This document shows, in pieces, positions 16,738 to 24,800 of a stretch of 32,000 nt of DNA (position 1 is its first letter; each line of letters starts with the position of its first letter). The translations under genes were made by a program, and so were the position numbers. The notes under the pieces were generated by a model. It was not told the origin of the DNA. It was given only the letters and a program-made list of their open reading frames with translations, and searched no databases. Source of the DNA: Edaphobacter aggregans (lineage in GTDB: Bacteria > Acidobacteriota > Terriglobia > Terriglobales > Acidobacteriaceae); contig NZ_RSDW01000001.1 in assembly GCF_003945235.1 (NCBI RefSeq), forward strand, positions 810,001 to 842,000, written 5' to 3'.

Positions 16738-17871
16738 ATGATCCAGACACTAACCGCACGACGCCTCCTTACGCCGCAAGGCGCCCTCGATCATCCCGTC
16801 ATTACCATCGCTGACGGCCTGATCCAGTCAATCGAGTCCACCGCCACCAGCAGCGAAGACACGACCTTGACGCCTGCCTTTCTCGACATCCACACCCATG
16901 GTGCTGCCAATCACGACGTCATGGAAGGCACCCCTGAAGCCCTCAGCGCCATCAGCCGTTTTCTGGCCACACGTGGCGTCGGGCAGTACCTTGCAACCAC
17001 GGTCACGGCACCCGTCGACAAAACACTGCGTTCTCTCGAAGGCATAGCCAACGTCATCGAATCCCACGACCACAACGGGGCCACTCCTATTGGCATCCAT
17101 CTTGAAGGCCCCTTCATCTCGCACATCAAACGAGGCGTGCATCCGCCGGCCGACATCCTTCCGCCCTCAATCGAACTCTTTGATCGCTTTCAGCAGGCCG
17201 CCCGCGGACACATCCACCTGATGACCATCGCGCCCGAGGTTCCCGGAGCAGTCGATCTGATCGCCCACGCTGCAAAGCAAGGCGTGCGACTCAGCTTAGG
17301 CCACAGCAATGCCACCTCCGCAGAGACAAAGGCAGGCATCACCGCCGGAGCCACAACCGCCACCCACACCTTCAACGCCATGCGATCCCTCGACCACCGT
17401 GAACCCGGCATCATCGGCACTGTCCTCGACGACGATCAACTTTTCGCCGAGCTGATCTGCGACGGCATCCACGTGGCTCCCGAGTTAGTACGCCTGTGGC
17501 TTAAGGCCAAGGGAGCAGAAAAAGCCATCCTCGTCACCGACAGCATGAGCGCCACCGGCATGCCGGACGGAGACTACATGCTCGGCACCTTCCGCGTCAC
17601 CGTAGCCAACGGCCGCTGCTACCTTGCCGACGATCTATCTCGCGGCACACACACCCTGGCGGGCAGCGTCCTCACCATGGATCGCGCCGTCGCTAATCTA
17701 CAGGCATTCACAGGGATCCCCTTCGCAACAGCCATTCGCCTCGCAACCACCAACCCCGCCACCATGCTCGGACTCCATTCACCACTCGCTCCCGGCCAGC
17801 CGGCGAACTTCAATCGCTTCACTCCAGACGGCCAACTCAAATCCACGATCCTCCACGGAGTGCCCGTCTAA
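16738..17871 (+). CDS. nagA: N-acetylglucosamine-6-phosphate deacetylase
   Basis: 377 aa with amidohydrolase/NagA motifs: FLDIHTHGA, GIHLEGPFIS, LGHSNAT, THTFNAM, ELICDGIHV, LVTDSM. Confidence 0.9.
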   Translation: MIQTLTARRLLTPQGALDHPVITIADGLIQSIESTATSSEDTTLTPAFLDIHTHGAANHDVMEGTPEALSAISRFLATRGVGQYLATTVTAPVDKTLRSLEGIANVIESHDHNGATPIGIHLEGPFISHIKRGVHPPADILPPSIELFDRFQQAARGHIHLMTIAPEVPGAVDLIAHAAKQGVRLSLGHSNATSAETKAGITAGATTATHTFNAMRSLDHREPGIIGTVLDDDQLFAELICDGIHVAPELVRLWLKAKGAEKAILVTDSMSATGMPDGDYMLGTFRVTVANGRCYLADDLSRGTHTLAGSVLTMDRAVANLQAFTGIPFATAIRLATTNPATMLGLHSPLAPGQPANFNRFTPDGQLKSTILHGVPV

Positions 17872-17928
17872 GCATCCTCCACAGCCAGAACATCTCTCAA
17901 TCGGCGTTTAGAATAAAACGTCTGAGCC

Positions 17929-19242
17929 ATGCCCTCCCCGCACACCACACAACCCTCTATAGGGATCGACTTCGGCACCACCAACAGCTCCATCGCGCTC
18001 GCCCTACCCAACGGCGAGATCGACCTGGTCCGCTTCCCCACTGCCGCCGCAACCACCGAATCCTTCCGCTCCGTCCTCTACCTCGAACAGCACAAGCAAG
18101 CCGGCCGTTCCCAGGTAAAAAGCTTCACCGGTCCCTCCGCTATCGAGCACTACCTCGAAGCCGAGCACAAGGGCCGCCTCATTCAGTCGCTCAAGTCCTA
18201 TCTCTCCAGTCGCACGCTCACCGGAACAGAAGTCTTCGGTCGCCGCTATCTCCTCGAAGACCTGATCTCGCGCATCCTCACCGACCTGCGCCTCCACGCC
18301 GAGCGGCAGTTCAACCAATCCATCCGTCACGCCACCATCGGCCGCCCCGTGCGCTTCGTCGGCGCCGACACTCCCTATGACGATGCCTTCGCTCTCGCTC
18401 GCCTCCAACAAGCCTTTCTCCACGCAGGCTTCGAATCCGTCGACTTCGAAATGGAACCCATCGCCGCTGCCTACGCCTACGAAGCCACTCTCGACCATGA
18501 CGAACTCATCCTCATCGGAGACTTCGGCGGCGGCACCAGCGACTTCTCTCTGGTAAACGTAGGCCCCGGCACGCGAACAGCATCCGCTCCCCAACGAGTC
18601 CTCGGCAACGCAGGCCTCGGACTAGCCGGCGACGCCTTCGACGCGCGCATCGTCCGCAAACTTGTCTCACCCGCCCTCGGTGCCGACTCTCTCGCGCGCT
18701 CACTCGGCAAGCTACTCCCCGCCGTTCCCGCCTGGATTTACGCGAACCTCGAGCGCTGGCACTACCTCTCCTTTCTCAAGACCCGCAACGTCAGCAACAT
18801 CCTCAAAAGCGCCCACGCCAACGCGCTCGAACCGGAAAAGATCGAAGCACTGATCACCCTCATCGACGAAGACCTTGGCTACCAGCTTCATCAGGCAGTG
18901 CAGCGGCTGAAGATCGAGCTCTCCCGCAACGAGACGGCGCAGTTCCGTTTCCGCGACGGCAGCATGAACATCCAGTCCGTAGTCACACGCGAGGAGTTCG
19001 AGTCCTGGATCACCGACGACCTCGAATCGATCGAGCACTCCGTGGACGACCTGCTCGCATCCACCAACATCCCTGCGAAACAGATCGACCGCGTCTTCCT
19101 AACCGGAGGAACCAGCTTCGTCCCCGCCGTACGCCGCATCTTCGAATCGCGCTTCACCGCAGCCCGCGTCCGCACGGGCAACGAGTTCACCTCAGTCGCG
19201 CGCGGTCTGGCCTTGCGAGACCAAGAGTCCTCGCGCCCATAA
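17929..19242 (+). CDS. Hsp70-family ATPase, short YegD-like form (nucleotide-binding domain, no canonical substrate-binding domain)
   Basis: 437 aa with the phosphate-1 motif IGIDFGTTNSSIA, the phosphate-2 motif IGDFGGGTSDFS and the C-terminal adenosine motif VFLTGGTSFVPAVR. It is too short for DnaK. Confidence 0.75.
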   Translation: MPSPHTTQPSIGIDFGTTNSSIALALPNGEIDLVRFPTAAATTESFRSVLYLEQHKQAGRSQVKSFTGPSAIEHYLEAEHKGRLIQSLKSYLSSRTLTGTEVFGRRYLLEDLISRILTDLRLHAERQFNQSIRHATIGRPVRFVGADTPYDDAFALARLQQAFLHAGFESVDFEMEPIAAAYAYEATLDHDELILIGDFGGGTSDFSLVNVGPGTRTASAPQRVLGNAGLGLAGDAFDARIVRKLVSPALGADSLARSLGKLLPAVPAWIYANLERWHYLSFLKTRNVSNILKSAHANALEPEKIEALITLIDEDLGYQLHQAVQRLKIELSRNETAQFRFRDGSMNIQSVVTREEFESWITDDLESIEHSVDDLLASTNIPAKQIDRVFLTGGTSFVPAVRRIFESRFTAARVRTGNEFTSVARGLALRDQESSRP

Positions 19243-19244
19243 CT

Positions 19245-20705
19245 TCAGTGCAGCCGATAAGCCTTGTCGCCCGTAGCCACGGGAATGTCGTCCCCGACCT
19301 TAGGTGCATCAATACTCGCCGCTCCTGCCAATCCCGTACCGGTCACATTGTTGATACTCAGCAGCGGCCCCGAGTAACCCGTCACATGAATATCTCGAAT
19401 CACCGCATGGTGCACATTCGCCAGCGAGATCCCCTTGGCGCACGTCCCACTCACATTCACCAACGAAAAACCCTCCAGCGGCTTCCTAGGATGAATGCCA
19501 GTACCCTCCACCAAACTGGGACAATCCTTCACACGAATGTTCGAAAAGCGAAAGTTTTTGATCGTAGGTATTCCCTCGTCGCCGCCAACCGGAAACTCAT
19601 CCTGAATCCCACTCGCAAGGATATTGAAGCGAAGGAAACCCCCAGTCATGCCTGAGGCGTCGAGATCATTGGCAACGATATCCTCAATGAATGCACCACG
19701 CCCAGGACGACTCTTGATGTAAATCGCGAATGTCTTCGCCCCCGTAAACTTGCAGTGCTCAATCCTCACATTGCGAATTCCCCCCGAGGTCTCACTCCCG
19801 ATGCCGATGCAAGCGAAGATTGAGTCAGCAAACGTGCAATTCGTGATCTGGATGTCCTCGCTGGTCTTCAGCAGCGAATAGGCCTCACTGCCCCGACCAG
19901 ACTTGATCGAGATGCAGTCATCGCCCGTAGCAATATCGCACCCGTCGATAACCACGCGCTTGCAAGAGTCGACGTCGATCCCATCGCCATTCCCTCCCGT
20001 GCTCCGAATCGTCAGATTACGAATAACAACGTCTTCGCAATAAGTCGGGTGCAGCGACCACATCAAATGGTAGTCAGTAGAGAAGTCCTCAAAGCGAAGA
20101 TGATTGCATCCCATCGGCTCGATCAACGCAGGATGCCGCAGCGGATTCTTTGCATTGGGCCTGCCTCCAAGCGCATAGTTGCCGCTGATCTTCCCGGGGC
20201 CAACAACACCGGTATGGTCAGCCTGCACAGCATAGATAAGCCCAACGTGGCCCGGAATCCACTTGCCTTCCCACCGCACCTGCATCACCGGATAATCCGC
20301 GAAGTCCGGCGACCCGACGATCACCGCATCCTTTTCCAGCCGAAGCAACACGTTCGACCGAAGAGCAATCGCCCCCGTAAAGTAGTTCCCTGCAGGAACG
20401 ACAACCTCGCCCCCACCAAAGACCCAGCAGCGATCAATCGCCTGCTGCAGCGCAACGGTGTCCTTGGTAGTGCCGTCTCCTACTGCTCCATAGTCACGCA
20501 CATTCAACGTAAGAGCAGGCTTGGCCACTGCGGGCTGAACCGCCTTGCGAGACTGAGCAGTCGCAGTTGCTTCAACAAGCGCCAAGGCCCCGCTCGAACA
20601 AATCGCAGGAGCCAAGAGGGCACTCTGCCCTGCCCTCTTAAGAAAGCTTCGACGAGTACTACCATCCCCGTTACCGACACGATCGATCAAGCTGGCCCCT
20701 TCCAA
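19245..20705 (-). CDS. Tat-exported glycoside hydrolase family 28 / pectin-lyase-fold protein (polygalacturonase-like)
   Basis: Twin-arginine motif TRRSFLKRAG. It has an N-terminal LNVRDYGAVGDGTTKDT box and parallel beta-helix repeats with GNGDGIDVDS and ATGDDCISIKSG (GH28 Asp boxes). The usual G-H-G box reads ACIGIGSE here. The start codon is TTG with no clear SD, so the start is uncertain. Confidence 0.75.
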   Translation of the reverse strand: MEGASLIDRVGNGDGSTRRSFLKRAGQSALLAPAICSSGALALVEATATAQSRKAVQPAVAKPALTLNVRDYGAVGDGTTKDTVALQQAIDRCWVFGGGEVVVPAGNYFTGAIALRSNVLLRLEKDAVIVGSPDFADYPVMQVRWEGKWIPGHVGLIYAVQADHTGVVGPGKISGNYALGGRPNAKNPLRHPALIEPMGCNHLRFEDFSTDYHLMWSLHPTYCEDVVIRNLTIRSTGGNGDGIDVDSCKRVVIDGCDIATGDDCISIKSGRGSEAYSLLKTSEDIQITNCTFADSIFACIGIGSETSGGIRNVRIEHCKFTGAKTFAIYIKSRPGRGAFIEDIVANDLDASGMTGGFLRFNILASGIQDEFPVGGDEGIPTIKNFRFSNIRVKDCPSLVEGTGIHPRKPLEGFSLVNVSGTCAKGISLANVHHAVIRDIHVTGYSGPLLSINNVTGTGLAGAASIDAPKVGDDIPVATGDKAYRLH

Positions 20706-20771
20706 TTGGGAAAAAGATTGGGCAGCCCAAAGCGCCGCCTCTCTATTTACGCTGTCACCGGCGCGCAGGTT

Positions 20772-21680
20772 TCATTTGCCGCCCCTCGCCCGCCATAACG
20801 CACCCTCGAGCGAATCAGCCGCCGCCTCCATCACCTTCACATTCGGAGCGGACTTCTTCAGCACCGCCACCATCGCCGCGCGCACCGGAGCGATCTGAGC
20901 AATCACGCCGCCCGTATACGCCACTTTGATCCTGTCGTCGCCCCCTGACTCCTGCATCTTCAGCGCGACAAGCGCCACCTGTTCGGCAAGTTCGGCACCG
21001 GCACGCTCTAGCACCGCAGCAGCCAGCTCATCGCCGCCCTCCGCACATCTGGCCACCAAAGGAGCCAACGCAGCAAAATCGGGACCTGGCCGCTCATTCG
21101 CCTTCTCCACAATCTCACCCAGCGACCCTACCCTCCAGAACTCACCAATCACCTTCAGCAATTCCGTAGGGACACCACGGTCCTTCGCCCAGAACCCAGC
21201 ACGCAAAGCCTCCTGGCCAATCCAGAAGCCACTTCCCTCATCTCCCAATGCCGGTCCCCAACCACCAACGTTGTATATCGTTCCATCGGCAGCGCGTCCA
21301 ACGAAGTTCGAACCCGTACCGGCGATCACGAGAATACCCGGGCCGCCTTTAAAAGCTCCATCGAGCGCAATCTCCTCGTCACCGCACAGCAGAAGTTCGC
21401 CACCCACCACATCGCTAATCTCGCGCTCGGCCCACTCTCTCACCGCCTCGATCGTGAACCCTGCAAGGCCGATGCAGGTCCTCGCAACCTCTCCCAGGCC
21501 CACGCCCGCAGCCAAAGATACCTCGGCCAGCATCGCCCGCAGCCGTGCCGAAGCCTCCGCCTCGCCCACCCGCATCAGCTTTATGCTACCCGTGACCGCG
21601 CGCCCCAGAACACGCGTCTCATCGGCCAGCGCACACGAAGTCTTAGTCCCACCTGCATCAATCGCCAAAAACAAGCTCAT
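20772..21680 (-). CDS. BadF/BadG/BcrA/BcrD-type ATPase, N-acetylglucosamine-kinase-like
   Basis: N-terminal FLAIDAGGTKTSCAL phosphate-binding motif and later LVIAGTGSN / GWGPALGDEGSGFWIG motifs, typical of this ASKHA sugar-kinase family. I prefer the ATG at 21680 to the TTG at 21731. Confidence 0.75.
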   Translation of the reverse strand: MSLFLAIDAGGTKTSCALADETRVLGRAVTGSIKLMRVGEAEASARLRAMLAEVSLAAGVGLGEVARTCIGLAGFTIEAVREWAEREISDVVGGELLLCGDEEIALDGAFKGGPGILVIAGTGSNFVGRAADGTIYNVGGWGPALGDEGSGFWIGQEALRAGFWAKDRGVPTELLKVIGEFWRVGSLGEIVEKANERPGPDFAALAPLVARCAEGGDELAAAVLERAGAELAEQVALVALKMQESGGDDRIKVAYTGGVIAQIAPVRAAMVAVLKKSAPNVKVMEAAADSLEGALWRARGGK

Positions 21681-21817
21681 ATCCAAGCCATCATAAAGGC
21701 TCGGTGCCGCTTCTGGCCTATTCTCGTCCAACTACAGGAGTAAAAAATCGACCCACCGCCGGCACTCTCGAAAACCTCCTCCTCAAAAATCTGCTCCACC
21801 GCTATAAACTCGCTTTC

Positions 21818-24800
21818 ATGCCCCAAGCAGTACTTCCGACACGCCTGCATACGGTCGATCTTGCCCTCATCGCCATCTACCTGATTGGGATTACCCTTTT
21901 CGGCCTCCGCTTTCGTAGCAAAGATCCCACGACCCGTTCACTGCGCAGTTACTTCCTCGCCGACCAGAAGATCCCATGGTGGGCGATCGCACTCTCCATC
22001 GTCTCGGCCGAAACCAGCACCCTCACCATCATCAGCATCCCCGGCGTGGCCTTTGCTGGCGACTTTGGCTTCCTCCAAATCGTCATCGGCTACATGATCG
22101 GACGCATCGTAGTCGCTGCGCTCTTCCTCCCCCGTTATTTCCAGGGCCAGATGCTCACCGCCTACCAACTGATCGACCAACGTTTCGGACGCAGCCTGCA
22201 CAAAGTCACCGCCGGCCTCTTCCTTCTCACCCGAGCCGCAGCCGAAGGCGTTCGCGTCTTCGCCGTCAGCATCGTCGTCGGCATCGCCATCGGCACCGGA
22301 GACATCCTGTCCATCGGCATCATCTCCGCCCTCACGCTGCTCTATACCTTCGAAGGTGGCATGGCAGCCGTCATCTGGACCGACGTCGTTCAGATGGCCA
22401 TCTACATCGGCGGCACCATCGTCGCCATCTCAACATTGGGCAGCCACATCCCAGGCGGATGGTCGCAGATCCACCAGATCGCCGGAGCCGCGGACAAATT
22501 CCGCATCTTCCACTTCGCCCTCAACCTCACCCAGAACTACACCTTCTGGGCTGGCGTCCTCGGCGGAACCTTTCTCACTATGGCCTCACACGGCACCGAT
22601 CAGCTCATGGTCCAGCGTATGCTCGCCGCCCGCAACCTTCGCGAATCCCGCCTCGCACTCCTCTCGAGCGGAGTCGTCATCTTCCTTCAATTCACTCTCT
22701 TCCTGCTCATCGGGGCGGGCCTCTATGTCTTCTACGGAATGCATCCCACAACCTTCCGTACCAACGACTACATCTTTCCCACCTTCATCGTTCACGAGAT
22801 GCCCATCGGCATCGCCGGCCTTCTCATCGCCGCCATCCTCGCCGCAGCCATGTCGAACCTCAGCGCCGCACTCAACTCCCTCTCTTCGACAACGGTTGTA
22901 GACTTCTACATGCACTGGCGCCCCCAGGCCAATGACCGCGAACGCATGATGATATCCCGCTCCTCCACCGTATTGTGGGCACTCGTCCTCTTCGCCGTCG
23001 CCGTCTACAGCGTCTTCGTCGGAGGCAAAGGACACGTCGTCGAAGTCGGTCTATCCATCGCTTCCGTAGCCTACGGAGCCCTGCTCGGCGTCTTCCTCCT
23101 CGGCACGCTCACACGCTACGCAACTCAAACAGGAGCCATCCTGGGCATGATCTGCGGCTTCACCCTTAACGTTGCATTATGGCAATTTCCAGGCCGCATC
23201 TTGTTTAGCGGAATCACAAACACTAAAGGAATCAGACCAGACGGCACGATTTTTCAGAGCTACCTCATACCGCCGATCACCATCCCCCACATAGCCTTCA
23301 CTTGGTACGTACTCATCGGAGCCATCGTGACCTTCGCCATCGGCAGCGTCGCCAGTGTTCTGCTCCCCACCAAGCCTCGCGCCAAAGCCATTGCCGCCGC
23401 CCTGATCCTGTTACTCGCGGCGAATCAACTCGTCGCTCCCGTTACAACATCGGCGCAAACAGTTCAGACCCAACCCTCAGCCACACCCGACTTCACCCCC
23501 ATCACCGCTCTCATCAACCAGGCCATCGCCGCAAAAAAACTTCCCGGCGCAGTAGTCCTGATCAACCACAACGGCAAAAAAGTCTTCGAGCAGGCCTACG
23601 GGAACCGCGCCATCGAACCCACCATCGAACCCATGACCGAAGACACCATCTTCGACATGGCCTCGCTCACCAAGTGCCTCGCCACCGCCACGGCAATCAT
23701 GCAGCTCTACGAGGCAGGCAAGTTCCAATTCGACGACCCCGTCGCCAAATATCTTCCCGCCTTCGGCGCCAACGGCAAAGAAAACGTGACCATCCGCGAG
23801 CTTCTCACCCACTACTCCGGTCTACCCGAAGACGTCGACCTCAAAGACCCCTGGGGCCTCGCCGCACCCGACAAGGCCGAAGGCATCCGCCGCGCCATGA
23901 ACGCGACCCTCTACGGCCCTCCCGGCCTCACCTTCAAATACTCCGACATCAACTTCATCACCCTCGGAGCCCTCGTAGAAAAACTCAGCGGCCAGCCTCT
24001 CGATGTCTACGCGCAAAAGCACATCTTTACTCCGCTCGAAATGACCCACACCCGCTACCTGCCGATAAACGCAGCCTGCGGAGAATCAAACTTCATTCCC
24101 TTCCCGTCGCGCGAAGACTCACTGACCGCGATCCTGCACACCGGCAGAGCCGTCGACAAATTCTGTACCGCATCGTCATGGAACGCACAGGATTGGGTTC
24201 CAAACATCGCCCCCACGGCCCACGACAACGAACTCAACGCGCAGGTCAACCCTAATTACGATCGCCTCCTCCGAGGCACCGTCCACGACCCCACCACACG
24301 CCGCATGGGCGGAGTCGCCGGCCACGCGGGAGTCTTCTCCACCGCCGCCGACGTCGCCCTCTACGCCCAGGCCCTCCTCGACAAGCTCCTCCACAACACA
24401 GGCGACTTCCCCCTCAGCCAGGCCACACTCCAGCTCATGACACGCCCCGAGCAGCCGCCCACCGCCGTCAACACCGCCACCACCTTCACCCCCGACGGCC
24501 AACCCACCAAGGGTGTCGCTACCCGCGGCTTCGGCTGGGACATCAACTCCGCCTACTCCCGTCCGCGCGGCGAAATCTTTCCCATCGGAAGCTTCGGCCA
24601 CACCGGCTTCACCGGAACATCCCTCTGGATTGACCCACAGTCCAACACCTTTGTCATTCTCCTAGCCAACGCCATCCATCCACGCGGCAACCCACCTATC
24701 TCCGCCCTCCGAGGCCAGGTAGCCACCGCCGCCGCGAAAGCCCTCGACCTGGAAGGACTCTTCCATTCCAAGCCGGAAGGTAAATGCACCTGCACGCACT

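Noticed and set aside
21976-24255. Long + strand alternative-frame ORFs (21976..22935, 22356..22901, 23302..24255) inside the fusion gene
   Set aside because: They are Arg/Pro/His/Ser-rich frame-shifted readings of a C-rich coding strand. The annotated frame carries all the recognisable transporter and hydrolase motifs.
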